From Thermodesulforhabdaceae bacterium (lineage in GTDB: Bacteria; Desulfobacterota; Syntrophobacteria; Syntrophobacterales; Thermodesulforhabdaceae): a stretch of 32,000 bases of DNA. The first letter of the stretch is position 1. Every line of letters starts with the position of its first letter. Location of the stretch: positions 22,645 through 54,644 of the forward strand of contig JBBFKT010000003.1 of assembly GCA_037482015.1 (NCBI GenBank). The letters run 5' to 3'. A program made the position numbers and the translations under genes. Below are positions 18,757-26,611 of the stretch, piece by piece. The notes below the pieces were generated by a model. The model saw nothing but the letters and a program-made list of their open reading frames with translations. It was not told the origin of the DNA and did not search any database.

Positions 18757-19351
18757 TCAAATTCTCCCAATGATCCTTTCTGTCTTCAAACTGATCCCGC
18801 TCTCCAGGATAAACGACACGCTCTCCCTCAGGCAAAGAAGAAACTTCGGGACGTCTTTTGTCCTGAGGGTTAGGTCCTTCTTTAGCAAGAGACGATGGAT
18901 CAACATCTAAAAGCCGCGGCTTTTTATGAGGGTCTAATTCATCTACAGCCCAGCTGAATTCTATAGCAATGCCGTTAGGATCAAAAGAATAAAGAGACAA
19001 AATAAAACCATGATCGATCACTTCTGAAACCCAGTAACCTTCGGCTTCAAGAAGCTGCTTGAGTTCCCACAATCTTTCTTTGCTTTCTACACCTATAGAG
19101 ACATGATCGAAAACAAAGGGACCTTTTACCGGAAAGCCATGATCCTTTGGTTCAATGGGCTTAACCTGAGACCATTCAAAAAAAGCGATGGTATCAGTCG
19201 AAGAAATCTCAAAAAAATAATGGCGATAACCTGGCTTCCCAAGCCCAAGAATTAGACGCATTCCAAGAATATCGCGCCAAAAACGAATCGTTTCATCCAT
19301 GTTACCGGTCGCCATAGCAAGATGATGAATGCCTGTGTAACCAGCCTTCAT
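18743..19351 (-). CDS. VOC (glyoxalase/bleomycin-resistance/extradiol dioxygenase) fold protein
   Basis: 202 aa. Two beta-alpha-beta-beta-beta modules (IHHLAMATGNMDETIRFWRDILGM; FDHVSIGVESKERL). The 3' end overlaps the polX start by 14 nt. Confidence 0.75.
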   Translation of the reverse strand: MKAGYTGIHHLAMATGNMDETIRFWRDILGMRLILGLGKPGYRHYFFEISSTDTIAFFEWSQVKPIEPKDHGFPVKGPFVFDHVSIGVESKERLWELKQLLEAEGYWVSEVIDHGFILSLYSFDPNGIAIEFSWAVDELDPHKKPRLLDVDPSSLAKEGPNPQDKRRPEVSSLPEGERVVYPGERDQFEDRKDHWENLNDRS

Positions 19352-19531
19352 GACCTGCCTCCCATAATCTTTTTATTCTTATAACTAACACAAAATAAAT
19401 ATAGCGAGATAAAATTTTTATCTTTGTGGCTAAACTTAAAATGTGCTAGTTTATCTATTACTTACAAAAAGTTGATATTCTTTAACGGAGCATTCATTTT
19501 ATAAGCGTAGCAACAGAAGGAGGAAAAAAAC

Positions 19532-20611
19532 ATGAAGAAAAATACAAAGAACCAACTGTTAGCTACTATTGTTATCTCGTTACTGGCTATTTTCAGTCTG
19601 AACTCTGTAGCTTTGTCAGAAACAAAACTTACCTGCAACGCCATATATCCAGCAGATAGCCTAATAACCAAAGGAGTTATTGAATTTGCTAATCTGGTGA
19701 AAGAATACACTAAAGGCTCCGTTATAATAGAAGTTCATCCAGGTGGAAGCCTGGGCTACAAAGGTCCTGAACTGCTTGGAGTGGTAAGAGACGGCGTTAT
19801 TCCCATGTCGGACATTCTGATGGGCGTTGTCCAGGACAGCGAAAAAGTCTTTGGCTTACCATCTCTTCCAAGATTAGTCCTAACCTATGATGAAGCGGCG
19901 AATTTTTACAACACCGCAAAACCTCTCTATGACAAAGCTGCAGAAAAATGGAACCAGAAAATCCTTTATGCAGCTCCCTGGCCCCCTACCGGGCTTTTTA
20001 CAAAACAGGAAATAAAAACTGTTGCGGATTTGAAAGGGCTTAGAGTAAGAGTCTATAACAAAGAAATAGAAAAACTCTTTATTCTTCTTTCGGCAAATCC
20101 CCTTCTTCTTTCCTGGAAGGACGTGCCTGGAGCTGTTAAGGAAGGTAGAGTCGATGCTGTTCTCACAACGGCAAATGTGGGAGCCGCAAGTAAATTTGGG
20201 GAACATTTCAAATACTTTATGCCATTACATCTAGATTTTCCCCTAAATATGGTCACCATAAATCTGAAAACCTGGAATAGTCTTTCCAAGGAACAGCAGG
20301 CAGCAATAGAAAAGGCAGCGGCTGAAATCCAGGCAAAACAATGGGAAGCTTCCAAAATCGACAATTCAGAGGGAGTAAAAACTTTGGCCTCCCAGGGAAT
20401 TATCATAGCCATGGGAGGAGGAGCAAATTCTGAGACCAGGCACGGCATAAAAGTTGCCGCTGAAACCGGTGTTTTTCTTACCGGGCTTGATAAGAACTTC
20501 CAGACTGAACTCGACCTTGCAGCAAAAAAGGTGATTGACGATTTCATTGCAACTGCAGGAAAAGATATCGCTGACCTGCTAAAATCCTATATGGCATCGC
20601 TAAAAAGATAG
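19532..20611 (+). CDS. dctP: TRAP-transporter solute-binding protein (DctP family)
   Basis: 359 aa. Signal peptide MKKNTKNQLLATIVISLLAIFSLNSVALS, with DctP-like length and pattern. RBS GAAGGAGG. No dctQ/dctM follows. Confidence 0.8.
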   Translation: MKKNTKNQLLATIVISLLAIFSLNSVALSETKLTCNAIYPADSLITKGVIEFANLVKEYTKGSVIIEVHPGGSLGYKGPELLGVVRDGVIPMSDILMGVVQDSEKVFGLPSLPRLVLTYDEAANFYNTAKPLYDKAAEKWNQKILYAAPWPPTGLFTKQEIKTVADLKGLRVRVYNKEIEKLFILLSANPLLLSWKDVPGAVKEGRVDAVLTTANVGAASKFGEHFKYFMPLHLDFPLNMVTINLKTWNSLSKEQQAAIEKAAAEIQAKQWEASKIDNSEGVKTLASQGIIIAMGGGANSETRHGIKVAAETGVFLTGLDKNFQTELDLAAKKVIDDFIATAGKDIADLLKSYMASLKR

Positions 20612-20638
20612 TCTTAAGAAGGAACGAGAGGGGAAATT

Positions 20639-21001
20639 ATGGCTGTCTTCATTAAGCACATTTCCGACTCTTACGATTCACAGGACGGGCTGAGATATCT
20701 GGTCTGTGACATACCAGATAGTTATTCGGCGGAACAACTTATGCTCGACGGGTGTATTAAAAATCTTTCACCAGAAAAAATTTATGACAACATGAGCGAT
20801 GACGAATGGAAGATCTTTCGAAAGAATTACTATCAAAAGCTAATGCAGCCGGAAAATGAACCCATCATAGACTCCCTTGCAAAAAAAGCAATGGAAGGAA
20901 ACGTAACAATTCTTTTTGTAGAATCACACAGAACCAGAAACCATGCAATGGTGTTAAAGACTCTTCTTGAGCTAAGAATTAAAGCCGAGTTTGAAGATTA
21001 A
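20639..21001 (+). CDS. DUF488 (YeaO-like) family protein
   Basis: 120 aa. Matches the YeaO-type pattern as I recall it (DG.RYLV..., NVTILF...RNHAMVLKTLL), but lacks the usual DRLWPRG segment. Confidence 0.65.
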   Translation: MAVFIKHISDSYDSQDGLRYLVCDIPDSYSAEQLMLDGCIKNLSPEKIYDNMSDDEWKIFRKNYYQKLMQPENEPIIDSLAKKAMEGNVTILFVESHRTRNHAMVLKTLLELRIKAEFED

Positions 21002-21007
21002 AACTTT

Positions 21008-21047
21008 TGTGCTTGGCGAGCCTCAAATCAGACGGCACCGCCAAGCA
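21008..21047. terminator. Stem-loop at the convergent junction of DUF488 and the NnrD-like gene
   Basis: 10-bp stem GTGCTTGGCG/CGCCAAGCAC with a 20-nt loop, followed on the + strand by TTTATTAAG. The 3' arm lies inside the end of the minus-strand CDS. Confidence 0.4.
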
Positions 21048-21924
21048 CTTTATTAAGAGCATAAGGAATCTTCTCAATAAGGTTGGTAATGGGAGTTGCA
21101 ACCGTTGGTTTTGCCAGGCTACCAGCCATGCGATTGGTTTTTGCAGCTAAAACCATCGCATCAGTAATTTCCAAACGAGAAGCAACAAGAGCCGACACAA
21201 TGCCTGTCAAGGTATCTCCTGTGCCACCTATAGCTTCCAGTTCTGGCACATTAGGTTCTGAGATGGTAGCCACTAGCTGTCCCTGAACAACAATATGATC
21301 AACCGCTGCTTTTACTAAAAGGTTTTTGGCGGCGTTGCCATGAGAATAGGCTCTTTCAATTAAGTCAAAAAGCCTGTTGTTCTCATGAAGCAAAAAGCCA
21401 CGAGTGTAAAAAGGATGAGGGGCTTCTTCGTCAGCAAGAAAAGCAAGCTCTCCAACGTCTGGCGTAAAAAGATCATACAAACTCGCCTGTCCGCTCATTT
21501 TTGCCACATACATAAACCCAGCATCAGCAATAAGAATAGGCCTGGGCGAAATCTTTTCAAGTGCGATAATGATTTTCCCATGCCAGTCTACGTCAGGGAA
21601 AAGATAATGAAAGACCAGAACATTTGTTCTTATCACGTCGGGATTTTCCACTAAGTAACGGTATATTGCCCTACTTCCATATCCTTGGCCATTATCTCCT
21701 GCAAGAACTGCTCTAAGAAGTCCCCCTCCATGATTTTTTAGAACCTCATAGGCAGCACCAAGCAGAGCTGCCGTGCCTCGCTGGGCGGGAAAAGTCCATC
21801 TACCAGAAATAGTGATGATTCCATTCGAATACTCCACATCACCTGTAATAACAGGAACTTCTGGAAAAGGCAGAGTGCCTACAACCGTAAGGGATTTTCG
21901 CTCTCTTTCTAACTGTTCTTGCAT
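21028..21924 (-). CDS. Ribokinase-fold protein related to ADP/ATP-dependent NAD(P)H-hydrate dehydratase (YjeF_C/NnrD-like), divergent
   Basis: 298 aa. TPDVGELAFL and IGGTGDTLTGIVSALVAS correspond to the NnrD motifs TPHxGE and GGSGDVLxG. The N-terminal ~90 aa do not resemble the canonical NnrD start. Confidence 0.7.
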   Translation of the reverse strand: MQEQLERERKSLTVVGTLPFPEVPVITGDVEYSNGIITISGRWTFPAQRGTAALLGAAYEVLKNHGGGLLRAVLAGDNGQGYGSRAIYRYLVENPDVIRTNVLVFHYLFPDVDWHGKIIIALEKISPRPILIADAGFMYVAKMSGQASLYDLFTPDVGELAFLADEEAPHPFYTRGFLLHENNRLFDLIERAYSHGNAAKNLLVKAAVDHIVVQGQLVATISEPNVPELEAIGGTGDTLTGIVSALVASRLEITDAMVLAAKTNRMAGSLAKPTVATPITNLIEKIPYALNKVLGGAV

Positions 21925-21982
21925 CTATTTGCTCCAGCAAAATATCAAGCCCCTGTCAAAATCTCTCATTAGGAACCACACA

Positions 21983-22546
21983 CTATGCCTGCGGTCGGGG
22001 ACAGAGGCTTTTCCCGTGTTCCAGGGCGAGGCTGAGAGCGTAAGCGCACAAAGTGTAACCTATTTCACGGGGGGACGGGGCGTCCCACAGAGTTTTACCT
22101 ATCATCTGCGCCGCCACAAAAGGAACATCGGGACATCCTCCACCGGAGATATTTACAATCAACCCAGAGCCTTTTTCAAAAGATAGCTTCATATTTGCTG
22201 CTCGAACCATGATAAAATCTCCAAACTCCTTAACATGAAAAAGACTTACAGGAGAAAGCAAAGGGGAAGAGACAGGAACTGTCTTAACAGGTTCAAGGCC
22301 TTCTGCTTTGAGAAGCCTGATGACCTGGAGTTGAATTACTATCGGGAAAACAACCACTAGATCACAGCCCGTTCTAAGCTCCGGTGGAGGTCCCATAACT
22401 CTAACATTATACCCTGCATCCTTTAACACCCGTTCGGCTTTGATAACTTCTGAAGTATTTTCAAACACCAGCATCCCTTCAGAAGCAGAACTCTGCTCTG
22501 GTTTGAGCAAATTCTTTTTTCGCTTAAAAACCGAGAGAATTCCCAT
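21983..22546 (-). CDS. DUF3343-like (putative S/Se carrier) domain fused to an uncharacterised Cys-containing C-terminal domain
   Basis: 187 aa. Residues ~25-95 (MLVFENTSEVIKAERVLKDAGYNVRVMGPPPELRTGCDLVVVF) fit the DUF3343 pattern with its conserved Cys. The C-terminal ~90 aa carry ISGGGCPDVP and two more Cys. The start is 3 nt after the tusA stop. Confidence 0.65.
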   Translation of the reverse strand: MGILSVFKRKKNLLKPEQSSASEGMLVFENTSEVIKAERVLKDAGYNVRVMGPPPELRTGCDLVVVFPIVIQLQVIRLLKAEGLEPVKTVPVSSPLLSPVSLFHVKEFGDFIMVRAANMKLSFEKGSGLIVNISGGGCPDVPFVAAQMIGKTLWDAPSPREIGYTLCAYALSLALEHGKSLCPRPQA

Positions 22547-22549
22547 CTT

Positions 22550-22771
22550 TTAAGCCGCTTTACCTATAGTGATGATGTAACCAATCCCCTGAGGTTCAAC
22601 CTCAAGCACTTCCCATCCTACCGTTTTAACCATCCTGGCGATGTTTTCTCTCGCCGTATCCGTATCAACCAGAATACGAAGCCGGTTGGACCTGGAAGCT
22701 TTAATTTTTTCTAGCGTTACCAGCACAGGTTGAGGACAAGAAAGTCCTCTCACATCTACCAATTCTTCCAT
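22550..22771 (-). CDS. tusA: TusA/YeeD-family sulfurtransferase (sulfur carrier)
   Basis: 73 aa. VDVRGLSCPQPV contains the CPxP active-site motif. RBS AAGGAGGGGG. Directly downstream of yeeE. Confidence 0.88.
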   Translation of the reverse strand: MEELVDVRGLSCPQPVLVTLEKIKASRSNRLRILVDTDTARENIARMVKTVGWEVLEVEPQGIGYIITIGKAA

Positions 22772-22784
22772 CCTTACCCCCTCC

Positions 22785-23882
22785 TTACTGCTGTTTTTGT
22801 TTCATCGCAAAGCCGATCCACAGGCAAACCACAAAGCCAACAATTATTGCCGCTATGGAATGAGGCCCAATGCCCTTAGGCGAAGCGGCAAAACCGAAGT
22901 TATGAGAGAAAGCCGCTCCTACTATCATTCCAGTCACAAAGAGAGCCGCATCGCCATCACCTTCACCGGCAAGAAAGAGTTGTCGTCCCGGACAGCCTCC
23001 TGCAAGAGCAAAGGCAAGTCCGGCAAGAGCCATACCAAGGAAATTCCAGAGGAACATGGAATGAGCAATGGGCTGGTTGGAAAAACCGGGACGGAATTGT
23101 CCCAGGATAAGATTTGTAAGAAATGCAAAAACAGCAAGGGAAACAATTCCTGAGAATAGATGAGCGTTTCGGAAAAGTATAAGGTCTCTCAAAGCACCCA
23201 TAGTGCAAAAGCGGCTTCGTTGAGCTATAAAACCGATCAGGATTGCCACAAATAGCGAGACCAGCAGAGGAGCGCGTTGTGAACCAGGTCCCTCAAGGCT
23301 GTAGAAAAGCACTCCGCTCTGAGCCTGTCCCTGAACAGGGGGATAAATTATGCGAAGGATTAGAAAAGCGACCATTATCAGAACAAGTATAAGCCCAACG
23401 GGGACTGGTGCTGGATTTGATCTGCCAGGGTTATAACCTTTTCTGAAAAAGAGAGTCCCTATCCAGACCCCGAATAGAAGCCCAAGAATACCGAAGATAG
23501 CATTACCGTCTCCGCCAGCTAGCCTTAGTAAAGCTCGCCAGGGACATCCAAGAAATACAAGCGCTCCCACCATAGCGAAAAAACCAAGAATAAATCTAAC
23601 AATTGGAGCAGAACCTGCCCTTGGTCTAAATTCTTTAAAAATCAAAGCAGCAATAAACGAACCCAGGACAAAACCAATGATTTCGGGGCGAAGATACTGG
23701 ACCACCGCCGCTCGATGAAGCCCCAGAGCACCGGCAATATCCCGCTCCATACAGGCTACACAAATACCCATATTTGGCGGATTGCCCAGTTTTTGAAGAC
23801 AGGCGGCCAAGATACCAATAACTCCACCAGTAACAATAATGCCCAGAGTCGTTGCAAAAGGATTCTTGATGGAAGACCTCAT
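22785..23882 (-). CDS. yeeE: YeeE/YedE-family membrane transporter (thiosulfate/sulfur- or selenium-compound uptake)
   Basis: Polytopic membrane protein with the repeated Cys motifs of the family (GICVACMERD, LGCPWRAL, RFCTMGALRD, GGCPGRQL). I place the start at the ATG at 23882, preceded by GGGAGGGG. The ORF-track start at 23924 is TTG without an RBS. Confidence 0.88.
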   Translation of the reverse strand: MRSSIKNPFATTLGIIVTGGVIGILAACLQKLGNPPNMGICVACMERDIAGALGLHRAAVVQYLRPEIIGFVLGSFIAALIFKEFRPRAGSAPIVRFILGFFAMVGALVFLGCPWRALLRLAGGDGNAIFGILGLLFGVWIGTLFFRKGYNPGRSNPAPVPVGLILVLIMVAFLILRIIYPPVQGQAQSGVLFYSLEGPGSQRAPLLVSLFVAILIGFIAQRSRFCTMGALRDLILFRNAHLFSGIVSLAVFAFLTNLILGQFRPGFSNQPIAHSMFLWNFLGMALAGLAFALAGGCPGRQLFLAGEGDGDAALFVTGMIVGAAFSHNFGFAASPKGIGPHSIAAIIVGFVVCLWIGFAMKQKQQ

Positions 23883-24029
23883 CCTGTTCCCCTCCCGATA
23901 GTTCATAAAGACTATTTTCTGCAAAATGCCAGAAGATCTTTAGAGACATAGGAACAGGAAATCAAATTCAAAGGTTTAATTTTATTATGTGTCTTTTATT
24001 GAGTTTATCTATACAGGATAGCTAATGAT

Positions 24030-25883
24030 TTACATATATACTCGAGTAATAACACCATGTAATTTATCAGGCGGGAGTCTATAGAATTGCACAAAGGTAG
24101 GGCTAAGCTTTTTCATGATTGAAAATATTTTCCAAACAATGTTGGATGTTACTATATCCTCTACCCCATAAAATATAACCTTTTCATCGATGCCAACTTT
24201 TCTCAAAAGGGCTTCAATGTCTACAAACTCCATATAGCCATGTTCTATATTAAAAACTCGTAAACCTTCCGAAAGATTATCTTTGAAAGAAAATTTGACT
24301 CCAAAAGGGGAATCTAATTTTGTTATTGATACAATGATATTGTCTTCGTAAATGATATTATTAGTAAACATAGTATTGACAATATATGGAGACACTTTAT
24401 CTGTGACCCTAGCGAAAAAGAGACTTGTTCCTTTTATTTTAGTTGTATTTTTATATAGTTCTTCATATTTTTCAATAAAAATTTTCTTATCTATAGGATT
24501 AAGGACTTGATAAAGTCTCTTTTGTCCTGACGTGTATATAAGAATTGCAACAAATGGGAAAAAAGCTATAATAATTGACCAGTAGCCTCCATGTGGAATC
24601 TTATATAAGTTAGACACCAAGAATATCAAGTCAATAAGCGTTATGAACATTGATATACTTGCTTTTAATATGTTATTTCTCAAATAGAATATGCACGTCA
24701 TCATAATTCCGGTGAGAGTCATCGTTCCTGTAACGGCTAGTCCATAAGCAGCCGCAAGTCGGTTAGATTCTTTAAAATCATACATTATAAACAATACAAA
24801 AAACAGTAAAAACCAGTTTATAGAGCCTATATATATCTGCGAACTTAATTTGGTTGATGTATAATCAACCTTCAGAAGAGGCATGATACGAGTCGTTATG
24901 CCTTGATAAACTATAGAAAACATCCCACTTATCATTGCCTGAGATGCAATTACAGTTGCCATTATACTTATAATAAGGAAAGGAACATAGAGACTACTGA
25001 TTTGGTGATAAAACATACCAAATAAAATATTCTTCGTCTCAGGATGTTCCATAAGAAACGCTCCTTGCCCAAGATAATTCAAACAGAGAGCTACAAACAC
25101 AATCTTCCATGCTTCCACAATAGGCTCTCGTCCAAGATGTCCCATATCAGCGTAAAGGGCTTCTCCACCCGTTGCACAAAGAATGACCTCAGAAAGAATA
25201 AAGAATCCAGTTAAACCATGGTCCATTAAAAACCGGACAGCATAATAAGGGATAACAGCTTTCAAAATGGATGGTTCATGAAGGATTGCCTCAACACCAG
25301 AGATAGCGAGGAGAGAAAACCATAAAGCCATTATTGGTCCAAAAATAATAGATACGTTCCCTGTGCCTTTTTTCTGAAATAAAAACAACAATATGGCTAT
25401 AATGGAAGCTATCAAGACAAGAATATCCTGAGAAACATTCGAAAAACCGGGAACTAAAAGTAAACCTTCAACAGCACTTAGAATACTTATAGCCGGAGTA
25501 ATCACTCCATCACCCATTAAAAGCGATATTCCAATAAATGACAGAAATGTAACAAAACCAATCGCCTTTTTTGATTTAAGAAGTGATACAAGTATTTCCT
25601 TTAGAACTATTGTACCGCCCTCTCCTTTTCTACTAAGACCCATGGCCAAATAGGCATATTGCAGAGAGACTAACGTGATAAGTGTCCATACAATAAGAGA
25701 TACAACGCCAATTAAATTCTCCTGAGTAGGCTTTATAATTGAAAATATTACCGTTAACGTATAAATTGGGCTTGTGCCAATATCTCCAAAAACAAGCCCA
25801 AGTGACCTTATGACATCCTTGGATAGAACATTTCTGTTAACAATCAATTTATTAAAAACCGCCGATAGATGGCTTGAACTCAT
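24030..25883 (-). CDS. kup: KUP/HAK/KT-family potassium uptake protein
   Basis: 617 aa. The N-terminal LGLVFGDIGTSPIYT signature, about 12 transmembrane segments and a cytoplasmic C-terminal domain. RBS GGAGAG. Confidence 0.92.
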   Translation of the reverse strand: MSSSHLSAVFNKLIVNRNVLSKDVIRSLGLVFGDIGTSPIYTLTVIFSIIKPTQENLIGVVSLIVWTLITLVSLQYAYLAMGLSRKGEGGTIVLKEILVSLLKSKKAIGFVTFLSFIGISLLMGDGVITPAISILSAVEGLLLVPGFSNVSQDILVLIASIIAILLFLFQKKGTGNVSIIFGPIMALWFSLLAISGVEAILHEPSILKAVIPYYAVRFLMDHGLTGFFILSEVILCATGGEALYADMGHLGREPIVEAWKIVFVALCLNYLGQGAFLMEHPETKNILFGMFYHQISSLYVPFLIISIMATVIASQAMISGMFSIVYQGITTRIMPLLKVDYTSTKLSSQIYIGSINWFLLFFVLFIMYDFKESNRLAAAYGLAVTGTMTLTGIMMTCIFYLRNNILKASISMFITLIDLIFLVSNLYKIPHGGYWSIIIAFFPFVAILIYTSGQKRLYQVLNPIDKKIFIEKYEELYKNTTKIKGTSLFFARVTDKVSPYIVNTMFTNNIIYEDNIIVSITKLDSPFGVKFSFKDNLSEGLRVFNIEHGYMEFVDIEALLRKVGIDEKVIFYGVEDIVTSNIVWKIFSIMKKLSPTFVQFYRLPPDKLHGVITRVYM

Positions 25884-26017
25884 CTTATCTTCTCTCCATC
25901 ACTCAAAACTACAGATAAACCCTGTCTGGGTTTTACTCCTCGGGAAATTGTTAACCAAGGTTGATATACATAACTGACTTAGTGTTCCTAAATCCACAGA
26001 AAATAGCAACAGTTCCA

Positions 26018-26536
26018 TCAGCTATCTAGGTCCTCAGACTCGCCATTCTTGCTTGAGGACTCTCCCTCGCTCAACACTCCTCTTGCATATTTATCAAGGT
26101 TAGCTTCGGCAAAGGTTATCCCAACTAAGGCCCTTTCTAACTTCTCTTTCCACCCGGCTTTTTTCCGTCTCTTTATGCCGAGAACCTTATATATCTTCTC
26201 AACAAGCTCCACCACATCAAAGGGAACAAAGATATCATCCCTAGCTCCAAAACGCATTGCTTCAATCGACAGGCTGGTAAGCTTTTCAGGAACCATAACA
26301 ATTACGGGAATCTCCGGTTTTGTACGGTTTATCTTCTCCACAATTTCTATATCTTGATACCTAGTCCCAGCAGAAACCCCAACAAGAGCAACATCCACAG
26401 ATCTGGTTAAAAGAGCTTCGTTAAGCTCTGTTTCATTAGAAACTTCCAAAACTCCAAACCCGGACATGGTCATAAGCTGACGAACAATTCCTTTCCTGAA
26501 ATCATGATCCCTCTCAACCAAAAGAACTGTGATCAT
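26018..26536 (-). CDS. Stand-alone CheY-like receiver-fold protein with degenerate phosphorylation residues (pseudo-receiver)
   Basis: 172 aa. The alternating beta/alpha pattern of a receiver is clear (ITVLLVE..., VDVALVGV, IPVIVMVP, DDIFVPF). Aligned by eye to CheY, the positions of D12/D13, D57, T87 and K109 read E/R, G (or V), V and V. The ~45-aa C-terminal tail is charged. Confidence 0.75.
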   Translation of the reverse strand: MITVLLVERDHDFRKGIVRQLMTMSGFGVLEVSNETELNEALLTRSVDVALVGVSAGTRYQDIEIVEKINRTKPEIPVIVMVPEKLTSLSIEAMRFGARDDIFVPFDVVELVEKIYKVLGIKRRKKAGWKEKLERALVGITFAEANLDKYARGVLSEGESSSKNGESEDLDS

Positions 26537-26596
26537 CTCGAATATACTCCCAACGCTTGAAAGTTTCTACTCCATCGACATTACACATTTAGAAAG

Positions 26597-26611
26597 GCAA
26601 GGACAGTGCCA
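26597..26611 (-). promoter_or_regulatory. Sigma-54 (-24/-12) promoter upstream of the receiver-fold gene
   Basis: The minus strand reads TGGCAC-TGTCC-TTGC, a perfect match to TGGCAC-N5-TTGC. It lies about 60 nt upstream of the ATG at 26536 and is divergent from a sigma-54 activator gene. Confidence 0.75.

Noticed and set aside
20053-20547. A 164-aa minus-strand ORF inside dctP, and the 108-aa ORF at 19880-20206
   Set aside because: Both are fully embedded antisense to a well-supported CDS. They have no RBS and an Ala/Ser/Phe-rich, nonsense-like sequence.
22797-23951. Multiple 70-118-aa ORFs on both strands overlapping yeeE
   Set aside because: All are nested within the YeeE coding region, whose membrane-protein motifs are clear. 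These are alternative-frame artefacts.
25884-26017. Possible c-di-AMP (ydaO/kimA-type) riboswitch in the kup leader
   Set aside because: The gap is short (134 nt). I cannot find the conserved pseudo-symmetric ydaO core elements, only one small hairpin.
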